This document shows, piece by piece, positions 17,449 to 25,577 of a DNA stretch of 64,000 bases. Where the stretch lies: IMG/VR virus record IMGVR_UViG_2516653005_000001, positions 36,993 through 100,992 of that record. The stretch is one strand, 5' to 3'. This DNA is from a virus (lineage: Duplodnaviria; Caudoviricetes). The notes under the pieces were generated by a model. The model was not told where the DNA came from. It saw only the letters and a program-made list of their open reading frames with translations, and did not search any database. A program made the position numbers and the translations under genes. The first letter of the stretch is position 1, and each line of letters begins with the position of its first letter.

Positions 17449-17694
17449 ATGCCCATCGATGTGATTGAGATTGATCCTGCGGTTGCGGAGCGCACTGAAA
17501 TCGTCAATGCCACAACCTACGATGCGCGCAAGGTCATCATCGATGGCGATGAACTCATCGTCATGATCTACGGCAGCGGCCCAAGCGATCACATCCATCG
17601 TATCGCGCGGATGATCGACGCGATGACATTCATCAGCCTCGCACCGAGCGGCGATGTGAGCATCAAGCAAAGAACGGTGACTGTGTCGCGATGA
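17449..17694 (+). CDS. Hypothetical protein
   Basis: AAGGA RBS. Confidence 0.6.
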   Translation: MPIDVIEIDPAVAERTEIVNATTYDARKVIIDGDELIVMIYGSGPSDHIHRIARMIDAMTFISLAPSGDVSIKQRTVTVSR

Positions 17695-18155
17695 CATGCG
17701 CAACGTGTCGCTGGTTCGATCCAGACTTCGCGCCTGACGACGATCCAGCGGAGGCGCTGGGTCTATGTACATGGCCCGCAGAACGCTTGCCCATTTCCCT
17801 CGAATGGGGAAATCGCGAGCGACGCGCTGTGTCCCCGCTTGACGGCGCTAATTGCTATTGCCTTGAGCCCTCAACAGATAGGTGCGCCATGCCATACTAC
17901 ACAGACAACCGGTTCGATGATGGCCACGCCACGGCTTACTGCGCGGCAAAACCAATCGGTCCGGGTGGAAGGACTGTGCATTTCTGGGCCAGCACAAAAG
18001 CGCTACCTGGTTATCCGGGCTGGCATTTCCTGACCATGCATGCCGATCGGTACGACTCCATGGAATGCTCGACGCGCGATGTCATTGGAACGATTGCCGA
18101 GATGCAGGCGGCGTGGGAGCTCGACCTAACGGCTCGTTACGGAGCCTCTGCGTAA
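17691..18155 (+). CDS. Cys-rich hypothetical protein
   Basis: MTCATCRWF; ATGA overlap. Confidence 0.55.
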   Translation: MTCATCRWFDPDFAPDDDPAEALGLCTWPAERLPISLEWGNRERRAVSPLDGANCYCLEPSTDRCAMPYYTDNRFDDGHATAYCAAKPIGPGGRTVHFWASTKALPGYPGWHFLTMHADRYDSMECSTRDVIGTIAEMQAAWELDLTARYGASA

Positions 18156-18315
18156 CGACTAGATCAACAGACTATATCAATTTGCGCCGTGGTTCCTGGC
18201 GCAATGCTGCCCCGCCGCACGGGGTAGTGCGGTTGGAGTGTTCCTGTCCCTGACGAGTTGCCCGTCAGCGACGGTCGAGCACTCGCGAACCGCATATTTT
18301 CCTTCGGAGGCACCC

Positions 18316-18699
18316 ATGAGCTATTCTTGCACCGACTTCACCGACGACATTCTCGACGCTCTTGGCATCGTGGTACCTGACGAAAGCCTGGAGTGCCCCG
18401 ATGATCAAGCTGCTCTCGCCCTTGCCGAGATCAACCGCATGAAACAACTGATCGAGGACCGCTCTCCGATCGCGGTCATCCTCGAAGGAGGGCTGTGTCA
18501 GTGCGTCGTCTCTAAGAGTCCGTTGATGGTCGGCCGCCCCTATATCGTGATCGATTACGACACCGATGGCGCCGATGATGACGACGATAAGATCGTGGAC
18601 GTCGAGCAAGCGGACGGATCGACATCCGACGCTTTCGTCAGTGGAGGCAAGATCACCGAGGCCACGATCATCATTCCCGTCGAGGGAGCCCCGGAATGA
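18316..18699 (+). CDS. Acidic hypothetical protein
   Basis: GGAGG RBS; LEGGLCQ...VIDYDTDGAD. Confidence 0.7.
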   Translation: MSYSCTDFTDDILDALGIVVPDESLECPDDQAALALAEINRMKQLIEDRSPIAVILEGGLCQCVVSKSPLMVGRPYIVIDYDTDGADDDDDKIVDVEQADGSTSDAFVSGGKITEATIIIPVEGAPE

Positions 18700-18947
18700 G
18701 ACGCCCGATCACTCTCGCGATCGTACTCTTCCTAGGGGCGATGTGCGCCGGCTGTGAAGACGCGGCCAAGCCTGAGCCGCAGTTCGCGTGCATGACGGTA
18801 GGCGACCCGTATGTATGCCGATCCACGTCAGGCCAGTGCTTCAACTGTACCCAGCGCGGCATCGTCTGCCCAGCACCTACGAAGCTCTACTCGAAACCGT
18901 CCGGCGAACTTGGTTGTCGGCTGGAAGACGCATCACAAACAGAATAG
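18696..18947 (+). CDS. Cys-rich putative lipoprotein
   Basis: Signal peptide with CAGC lipobox. Confidence 0.55.
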   Translation: MRRPITLAIVLFLGAMCAGCEDAAKPEPQFACMTVGDPYVCRSTSGQCFNCTQRGIVCPAPTKLYSKPSGELGCRLEDASQTE

Positions 18948-19079
18948 GTCACTCATGACCCGTGCTCTCGACAACATCGGGCGTCTGCTCGAAACGATCG
19001 CCGATGCCTTCATCATCGACATGGTGTTCGCCCTGACCGGCGCCGACATCTCGGTCCCGCACAAGACGGGATTGTCATC

Positions 19080-19613
19080 ATGAAGGCGTTCAATAAGGAC
19101 GAACCATTTACCCTTTCGGAGGTCGAAGCCGCCCTCTGTGTGTGGGAGACCATTCTCAAATGGGTGTGCGACGAGCAGTGCAAACGCCCAGAATGGGAAG
19201 GCGCCAATGATGGTTACGGAGCATATGAGCTGCGCATGCAGTCCATGGTGCTTGGCCGCTGGTGTCTGGCAGTCATCGACATCTGCGAGAAGCGCGACCC
19301 CCAACTGTTCGATGGCATGGCATGGGACTGGGAAGTCATCCCGTTGGTCCTCGGCTACGCAATGACAGCAGACGGACAAGCCGCAATCTATGCACAAGAA
19401 CTTCGCGATTATCGCGACATTGCGGAACTGGTCTATGACCGTGTCAAGCGCGACGAGTTCATCGGAAAAGCCAAGGCTCATGCCGCGTTGATGGGTCTCT
19501 CAGCAGATCTGATCGACGATCACCCGAGTGAAGTCGACAACGCTATCGGCGAGGGCCAAGCCCCGAAAGACTTCGTCACCAAGCTCGCACTGAGTGTGGC
19601 CGACGCCTCCTGA
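19080..19613 (+). CDS. Hypothetical protein
   Basis: 177-aa ORF. Confidence 0.7.
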   Translation: MKAFNKDEPFTLSEVEAALCVWETILKWVCDEQCKRPEWEGANDGYGAYELRMQSMVLGRWCLAVIDICEKRDPQLFDGMAWDWEVIPLVLGYAMTADGQAAIYAQELRDYRDIAELVYDRVKRDEFIGKAKAHAALMGLSADLIDDHPSEVDNAIGEGQAPKDFVTKLALSVADAS

Positions 19614-19618
19614 CAAAC

Positions 19619-19695
19619 GCTCCAATCGTCTAACGGCTAGGACGTCAGCCCCCTCAGGCTGGAAATACGCGGTTCGAGTCCCGTTTGGAGCGCCA
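19619..19695 (+). tRNA. tRNA-Glu-like gene with 8-nt anticodon loop (CCCCUCAG) and bulged T-stem
   Basis: GCTCCAA/TTGGAGC; TCAGC-CCCCTCAG-GCTGG; ACG(C)GG-TTCGAGT-CCCGT; G-CCA; 77 nt. Confidence 0.85.
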
Positions 19696-19737
19696 TCTTC
19701 GTAACTACTCGTTTGCTTGAATTGGAAGGATGAGCGA

Positions 19738-20328
19738 ATGCAAATCTCGTTGAAGCGCGCACTTAAACTGCGCAAGGAACTGGAAGGCCGGTTGAGCTCC
19801 ATGGAGTTTCCGACCGCCGTTAATATCAGCCTGCTCACGGACCTGAGCCGCGAGCAGATCGAGACCGCTATCGAAGCGGCGTCGACGGCGATCGACAAAG
19901 CGTTCGCTCAGTACGAGCAACTGTCTCGCGTCCTCGCCGAGCTGCGCCAGAACATCGCGAAGGCCAACCTCGATAACGGTGTCGAAGCGGCGCTGTCCGA
20001 GATCGCTCACATCGATCGCAAGATCACCATCCGGAAGAAGCTCGCCAGCATCGCGGTGATGCCGCAGATCGACGCAGTCATGGCTGAGGTCGAGTTCTCT
20101 CGCCGCGCTCTGATCTCGCCCGATACGACCAGCTATCGTTCACCGTCCAAGGCGATCGGCTTCTCGGCGGTCTCCGAAACGCTGAAGGAAGAGATCGCCG
20201 GCGAGCTGGCGCAGCTTCGGCGCGACCGCGAAGCCATCGAAGACAAGCGCGCAGCCGCCAACGCTGGCACGCGTATCACCATTGCTGATGAGGACAACGA
20301 ACTGCTCCGGCAGCTCGGCATCCTCTGA
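19738..20328 (+). CDS. All-helical coiled-coil protein, DIP1984/DUF6847-like
   Basis: ISLKRALKLRKEL...LRQNIAKAN...IEDKRAAANAGTRITI pattern; family call is by resemblance only. Confidence 0.5.
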   Translation: MQISLKRALKLRKELEGRLSSMEFPTAVNISLLTDLSREQIETAIEAASTAIDKAFAQYEQLSRVLAELRQNIAKANLDNGVEAALSEIAHIDRKITIRKKLASIAVMPQIDAVMAEVEFSRRALISPDTTSYRSPSKAIGFSAVSETLKEEIAGELAQLRRDREAIEDKRAAANAGTRITIADEDNELLRQLGIL

Positions 20329-20334
20329 CGCAAT

Positions 20335-20545
20335 GGGAGGGGTACTTGTAGAGAGATACTGAAACATTTCGCTCTTCAATGAGCGCCATTGGCAAACGGC
20401 TTTTCGTTATCCGGAATAATCAACCAAGCCCGATCCTAGCTATCTGGGCATTCGTGAATTGATCCGGTTTATGGGCCTTCGTTGCTCGTGCTTCGTCGCT
20501 CGTTTGTGGTCGATCGTTCGTATCTCATCAACTCGTACCCCTCCC
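20335..20545 (+). ncRNA. Candidate ncRNA with closing stem and heptad repeats
   Basis: GGGAGGGGTAC/GTACCCCTCCC, GAGATAC/GTATCTC; six 7-nt units at 20478-20519. Confidence 0.65.
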
Positions 20546-20550
20546 TCCCC

Positions 20551-20625
20551 GCTCCGCTCGTCTATCGGCTAGGACGCTCGCTTCTCAGGCGAGAAAGACA
20601 GGTTCGACTCCTGTGCGGAGCACCA
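20551..20625 (+). tRNA. tRNA-Glu(CUC), A73
   Basis: CTCGC-TTCTCAG-GCGAG, 4-nt variable loop, ACAGG-TTCGACT-CCTGT, CCA. Confidence 0.93.
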
Positions 20626-20669
20626 TCGATTTCCCCTGCCCGAACTAAGCACACGGTTTCGGACGCCAG

Positions 20670-20746
20670 GCTCCCATCGTCTATCGGCTAGGACACCGTC
20701 CCCCTCAGGACGGAAAGGCGCGGTTCGAGTCCCGCTGGGAGCGCCA
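20670..20746 (+). tRNA. tRNA-Glu-like gene with 8-nt anticodon loop (CCCCUCAG) and bulged T-stem
   Basis: GCTCCCA/TGGGAGC; CCGTC-CCCCTCAG-GACGG; GCG(C)GG-TTCGAGT-CCCGC; G-CCA; 77 nt. Confidence 0.85.
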
Positions 20747-20769
20747 TTCAATTCACCACAGGCAACACC

Positions 20770-21768
20770 ATGAAACTCGAAAATATCGGCTTCTACACGC
20801 TCTCCGATTTCAGAGCGCAACATGCGTCTGCAACGTCCGATCTCAAGCGCTGCGAGGTCGTGCTGACATCGCGCTGCAACTTCAACTGTCCCTACTGCCG
20901 GCATGTCGGCGGCGACGACCTGGCTCTCGAACACGCCAAGACTGTGGTGAAGCTGTGGGCGGCTGACAACCTGTCCGCGATCCGCTTCTCCGGCGGAGAA
21001 CCGACGCTGTATCCAGGTCTCGGCGAGCTGGTCGATCTGTCCGCGTCTCTCGGCATCGGCCGCATCGCCATCTCATCGAACGGCTCGATCGCGTGGCGTC
21101 GCTACCAGGAGCTGATCAATCGGGGCGTCAACGACTTCTCGATCTCGCTGGACGCTTGCTGCGCCGAGGTCGGCGACAAGATGGCCGGCGGCATCAAAGG
21201 CGCATGGGCCAAGGTTGTCGCCAACATCGAGCGGATCAGCGCGGCAACCTACACGACGGTCGGCGTCGTCCTCACCGAGGACAATATCAAGACTGTCAAC
21301 GACATCATCCGTTTCGCTGCCGGCCTCGGCGTTGCCGATATCCGCATCATTCCTGCGGCCCAGGACGGCGACCGCCTGCGCGGCGTGGAGGTCGATCAGG
21401 ATCTGCTCGACAAGTTCCCGATCCTGAACTACCGGATCAAGAACTTGCAGGCCGGTCGGCCAGTGCGCGGCGTCTCCAAGACCGACACCCCGAAGTGCGG
21501 CCTCGTCCTCGACGACATGGCCGTGTGCGGGGACGAGCACTACCCCTGCATCATCTACATGCGTGAGGGCGGCGCTCCGATTGGTAAGGTCGGCCCGAAC
21601 ATGCGGTCCGAACGCGAGGCGTGGCACGCGACCCACAATTCGCGTCTCGACCCGATCTGCAGCCGCAACTGCCTCGACGTTTGCGTCGACTACAACAACA
21701 AGCACGCCAACTTCGCTTGCGCCAAGATGCGCAAGATGCAGGAGCGGGAATACGCAATCGCGTGCTGA
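20770..21768 (+). CDS. Radical SAM protein with C-terminal auxiliary-cluster cysteines
   Basis: CNFNCPYC, SGGEP, SISLD; C...YPC...CSRNCLDVC. Confidence 0.92.
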   Translation: MKLENIGFYTLSDFRAQHASATSDLKRCEVVLTSRCNFNCPYCRHVGGDDLALEHAKTVVKLWAADNLSAIRFSGGEPTLYPGLGELVDLSASLGIGRIAISSNGSIAWRRYQELINRGVNDFSISLDACCAEVGDKMAGGIKGAWAKVVANIERISAATYTTVGVVLTEDNIKTVNDIIRFAAGLGVADIRIIPAAQDGDRLRGVEVDQDLLDKFPILNYRIKNLQAGRPVRGVSKTDTPKCGLVLDDMAVCGDEHYPCIIYMREGGAPIGKVGPNMRSEREAWHATHNSRLDPICSRNCLDVCVDYNNKHANFACAKMRKMQEREYAIAC

Positions 21769-21776
21769 TCCAACAC

Positions 21777-21851
21777 GCTCCAATCGTCTATCGGCTAGGA
21801 TGCCAGCTTCTCAGGCTGGAGAGGTAGGTTCGATTCCTGCTTGGAGCGCCA
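21777..21851 (+). tRNA. tRNA-Glu(CUC), G73
   Basis: CCAGC-TTCTCAG-GCTGG, GTAGG-TTCGATT-CCTGC, CCA. Confidence 0.93.
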
Positions 21852-21866
21852 TTTCAAGGACGTAAC

Positions 21867-22172
21867 ATGACTGACCTTTGCGTCGACGATCGCTTTCCAA
21901 TTGTCAGCGAAGACTGCGAGCCCTTCGCTGCGATGATGATCGGCAAGATGTGGGCGCGAGCCCAGGCCGTGAAGGGCGATCCGGATATGTACATCCTTGC
22001 GATGAGAAACGTCTGGTGGACGGCGGAGCAGCTGCTCCGCCTTTCTATCCTTGCTTCGACTGCAACGCACTTCTGCATTGCCTGCAACAACCATCTGCAA
22101 ATCTTGGCGCAGATAATCAAAGCGGAGTTCGGTGTCGATCCGAACAACGAACCAAGCTGGCAATGGAAATAG
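21867..22172 (+). CDS. Hypothetical protein
   Basis: AAGGA RBS. Confidence 0.6.
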   Translation: MTDLCVDDRFPIVSEDCEPFAAMMIGKMWARAQAVKGDPDMYILAMRNVWWTAEQLLRLSILASTATHFCIACNNHLQILAQIIKAEFGVDPNNEPSWQWK

Positions 22173-22340
22173 ATCCTCTAGGGAGGATTGAGCGCACGTG
22201 CCCGAATCCCGGTCTGGTCAAGACACGTGCGCAATAGTCCGGTGGCTACCTTGCCCGTAAGGGTGCGGTTTCAATCCGCTTAATAGCTAGACGACTGAGC
22301 GGTGTCGGCAAACCCGGCAAGCGCGGTGGAAAGCCGCGCA
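22172..22340 (+). ncRNA. Candidate structured RNA with T-loop-like hairpins
   Basis: GCGCACGTG/CACGTGCGC; GCCC-GTAA-GGGT; GCGG-TTTCAAT-CCGC; GCGCGG-TGGAAAG-CCGCGC. Confidence 0.55.
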
Positions 22341-22373
22341 ACAATTTCAACAAGCCAATGATGGAGAACCGGC

Positions 22374-22559
22374 ATGAGTGCCGATCGCATCTATGTGTCT
22401 GAGCGCTCCGCCGCAGATGCTGGCAGGAAAGCTGTCAAGCTTCGTAAGGCTGACGACTTTCGCATCCTTCCACGTATCCAGCGCAATCCAGATCGCTCGA
22501 TTGAACGCGGCTTCGCAGCACTGCTGAAGATACGCGGACGCAGCGTTGGCTACGCCTGA
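22374..22559 (+). CDS. Small basic protein
   Basis: GGAGA RBS. Confidence 0.6.
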   Translation: MSADRIYVSERSAADAGRKAVKLRKADDFRILPRIQRNPDRSIERGFAALLKIRGRSVGYA

Positions 22560-22654
22560 ACATCATGGCCGGTTCGCCCTCCTTCCCGGCCATGAGCGGT
22601 CGCTCTCCTCGTGAGGGCGACCGCAGCTTACCTCACCACAACAGGAACACCGTC

Positions 22655-22825
22655 ATGTACATCCGACAGGAAGTTCGAAAGCTCGCGTCGCAGTTTCTCG
22701 ACGGCACGCCGATGTATCCGGGGGACTGGCTGTTCACCTGGGTCAAGACCCCGTTCATGCCTGAGGTTCTCGTCGGCATGGAGCCGATGCCCAAGGCCAA
22801 GGCCAACGCCGACGCGCAACGCTGA
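22655..22825 (+). CDS. Hypothetical protein
   Basis: AGGA RBS, MYIRQEV. Confidence 0.55.
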   Translation: MYIRQEVRKLASQFLDGTPMYPGDWLFTWVKTPFMPEVLVGMEPMPKAKANADAQR

Positions 22826-22840
22826 ACTTAAGGACGCACA

Positions 22841-23524
22841 ATGAGCAAAGCACTTTACAGTCTCGGCGGGCTCCGCTTCTGGGACGAAAGCGAAATCGAA
22901 CTTCGCGAGATGTTTCAGTCCCGCGCGGTCTCCGTCGTTAAACGCTCGCTGATCAGCCTCAACAAGGCGTGGACCATCACTCGTATGGAAGGTCCGTGTC
23001 TGTCACCGCGTGACCAGATCAGCGCATCGTATGGCGATGACGATCTGTTCTGCACCAATCACACAGCCGGCGGCGGACAGCTCTACCTGCGGGCAGAGAC
23101 GACGCCGTCCAGTTACGCCTTCGCCCGGAAACTCTCGGCGAAGCTTCCGCTCTGTGTCTGGCAGTCCGGCAAAAGCTTCCGCCGCGAAACCAATGACGGG
23201 GCGAGCGCCAGCAAGCTGCGCTTCAACGAGTTCTGGCAACTCGAATTTCAGTGCATCTATGCTGAGGACACCAAAGCCGACTATCGCGCAGAGGTGATCG
23301 CCGCGCTGTGCCCTGAACTTCTTCGCTTCACCGGCCGGCTTCCGCGCACGGTGCCGAGTGACCGCCTGCCTTCGTATTCGGAAAGCACGATCGATATCGA
23401 GCTGAGCCTCGGCGAGGGCAAGTGGCGCGAAGTCGCATCGTGCTCGATCCGCAACGACTACCTTCCCGGAACGAAGGTCTGCGAGATCGCTATCGGTCTG
23501 GATCGCGTCGTTTCGCTTGCTTAG
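22841..23524 (+). CDS. Stand-alone class II aminoacyl-tRNA synthetase catalytic domain, GlyRS(alpha2)-like, no anticodon-binding domain
   Basis: YLRAETT, motif 2 QSGKSFRRE...LRFNEFWQLE, WREVAS, motif 3 EIAIGLDRV at the extreme C-terminus. Confidence 0.85.
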   Translation: MSKALYSLGGLRFWDESEIELREMFQSRAVSVVKRSLISLNKAWTITRMEGPCLSPRDQISASYGDDDLFCTNHTAGGGQLYLRAETTPSSYAFARKLSAKLPLCVWQSGKSFRRETNDGASASKLRFNEFWQLEFQCIYAEDTKADYRAEVIAALCPELLRFTGRLPRTVPSDRLPSYSESTIDIELSLGEGKWREVASCSIRNDYLPGTKVCEIAIGLDRVVSLA

Positions 23525-23546
23525 TGACGACCCATCGGAGGCGGCA

Positions 23547-23741
23547 ATGCCCGAATACTCTATTCGTGATTGCGGGCAGGAGTCGGTCAAGGTGTTCCGA
23601 AAGCGCGAGCGCTCACACTCGCTCGCGCATGCTTGGAGAACACCGAGTGGCTTCTGGATCGTCAGTGTCACCGGCCTCAAAATGGACGTAACCCCCAACA
23701 GGAAGTCCGCCAAGGACTATCTGAGGAAGTATTTCAAATGA
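23547..23741 (+). CDS. Hypothetical protein
   Basis: GGAGG RBS. Confidence 0.6.
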   Translation: MPEYSIRDCGQESVKVFRKRERSHSLAHAWRTPSGFWIVSVTGLKMDVTPNRKSAKDYLRKYFK

Positions 23742-25081
23742 TCACCGGAGACACACTGATCCTGTGGGGCTTTAAGCCAGGCCGCTGGTTCAAACAGGCC
23801 ATCGCCGATGCCAACAAGCTGCGGAGCGACGGCCTGAGCGACGATCAGATCTTCACCTATCTGCAATCGCTGCAGCCGGTCGAGATCACGCTGCGGACGA
23901 ACTCGCTTCCCTATGGCATTTTCATCGATCACAACACTGATCAAGAGCGAGCCAACGTCGAAGCTGTCGTTCGACACATGGATGCGCTGATGCGCGTGCC
24001 GACCATCAAGGATGGCGCGGTCATGCCGGACTCTTGCCCCGCCGGCGCTGCCGAAGGCACGATTCCAGTCGGCGGCGTCGTCTCCTGCGAAGACGCTATC
24101 CATCCCGGCTTCCACTCGGCGGATATCTGCTGTTCGGTCGCGATCAGCACCTTCCGCCGCGACGACAACCCGAAGGTCCTGCTCGACGCCGTCCAGGCCG
24201 TCACGCATTTTGGACCCGGCGGGCGTTCGAGGTCGAACAACCTTGTTCCGAAGGAACTCCTGGCCAAGATGGACGGCAACCGCTTCCTGCACGAGCTGGA
24301 AGGCTATGCACGCGCCCACTTCGCCACACAGGGTGACGGCAACCACTTCGCCTACGTCGGACGGGTGAAATCAAGCGGTAAGCTGGCGCTTGTCACCCAT
24401 CACGGCTCGCGTGGCTTTGGTGCTCAGGTCTACAAGCGCGGCATGGCGGCGGCCAAGAAGCACACCGCGATCGTCGCCCCGAAGGTGCCGGCACACAACG
24501 CCTGGATCAAGGCGGACAGTGACGATGGCCGCGCCTATTGGGAGGCTCTCCAGGTTGTCCGCGAATGGACCAAGGCGAACCACTTCGCGATCCACGATCT
24601 GGCCGCCCGTGCCATCGGCAACGGCGTCGACGAACGCTTCTGGAACGAGCACAACTTCGTCTTCCAGAAGAGCGACGGGCTGTTCTACCACGGCAAGGGC
24701 GCGACCCCGAATTGGTCCGGCTTCTCACCCGACGACTCCGGCCTCACGCTCGTTGCCCTGAACATGGCCGAGCCGATCTTGATGTTGGCGCACACCAACA
24801 ACAAGGAAGCCCTCGGCTTTGCTCCGCACGGAGCCGGTCGCAACATGGGTCGCAGGGCATTCCTTCGCGACAATGCGCCGGAGCTTCCGGCCGGCATCGA
24901 CGCCCGCTTCTACTGCGGCAAGCCCGATCTCGCAGAACTTCCGCAAGCCTATAAGGATGCGGCTTCTGTTCGAGCCCAGATCGACAAGTACCAGATCGGC
25001 CGCGTCGTCGATGAGATCATTCCCTACGGCTCGATCATGGCCGGCGATTGGGAGAAGGACGCACCATGGCGAAAGAAGTGA
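23738..25081 (+). CDS. rtcB: RtcB family RNA ligase
   Basis: MPD, DICCS, GDGNHF, HHGSRG, NEHNF, HGKGA, PHGAGR, ELPQAYK; start at ATG 23738. Confidence 0.92.
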   Translation: MITGDTLILWGFKPGRWFKQAIADANKLRSDGLSDDQIFTYLQSLQPVEITLRTNSLPYGIFIDHNTDQERANVEAVVRHMDALMRVPTIKDGAVMPDSCPAGAAEGTIPVGGVVSCEDAIHPGFHSADICCSVAISTFRRDDNPKVLLDAVQAVTHFGPGGRSRSNNLVPKELLAKMDGNRFLHELEGYARAHFATQGDGNHFAYVGRVKSSGKLALVTHHGSRGFGAQVYKRGMAAAKKHTAIVAPKVPAHNAWIKADSDDGRAYWEALQVVREWTKANHFAIHDLAARAIGNGVDERFWNEHNFVFQKSDGLFYHGKGATPNWSGFSPDDSGLTLVALNMAEPILMLAHTNNKEALGFAPHGAGRNMGRRAFLRDNAPELPAGIDARFYCGKPDLAELPQAYKDAASVRAQIDKYQIGRVVDEIIPYGSIMAGDWEKDAPWRKK

Positions 25082-25281
25082 CGTGCGAGGCATGCAACAA
25101 CCATCGCTACATCATCGCTCTGCGCGATGACGGACGGAAGGCCATCGAGGCGTGCGACAGTTGTGCCAGCCATATCCTTCCCGACGACAAAGCTGCGGCG
25201 ATTGCTCGGTGGGATGGCATTGATTGCAACGAAACATACCCCTGCTACCTCAAAGATCAATCTTACAATCCGGACCTGTGA
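25066..25281 (+). CDS. Small zinc-binding protein
   Basis: CEAC and CDSC. Confidence 0.55.
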   Translation: MAKEVTCEACNNHRYIIALRDDGRKAIEACDSCASHILPDDKAAAIARWDGIDCNETYPCYLKDQSYNPDL

Positions 25282-25289
25282 GCGCTGTC

Positions 25290-25577
25290 ATGGCAAGCGA
25301 TATAACATCTAGCGACTGTCGGTGTCAGAAACAGATGGGCAACGACTTCCTATTCCTCCCCGCAGGAAGTTGCCTGTTCGGCACCTGTGACAAGGACGCA
25401 AACCGGGTCGACAGCAACGATATTGTCGACCGTATCCGACGCTTCGTCGCTAGTCGCGGCGGCCCAGCGAAGGACGATAACGGCAAGCCGATTGGCAACT
25501 CGTGGCCCATGATGCTCGAAGCCGCAGACGAGATCGAACGGCTGCGTAAAGCCATCACCTACCAGAGAGAAACATAA
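25290..25577 (+). CDS. Hypothetical protein
   Basis: DIVDRIR...EAADEIERLR motif common in phages. Confidence 0.55.
   Translation: MASDITSSDCRCQKQMGNDFLFLPAGSCLFGTCDKDANRVDSNDIVDRIRRFVASRGGPAKDDNGKPIGNSWPMMLEAADEIERLRKAITYQRET

Noticed and set aside
19619-20746. Reading the variant tRNAs as UCA selenocysteine or opal-suppressor tRNAs
   Set aside because: UCA is off-centre in the loop, there is no long variable arm or extended acceptor stem, and the bodies match the adjacent tRNA-Glu genes
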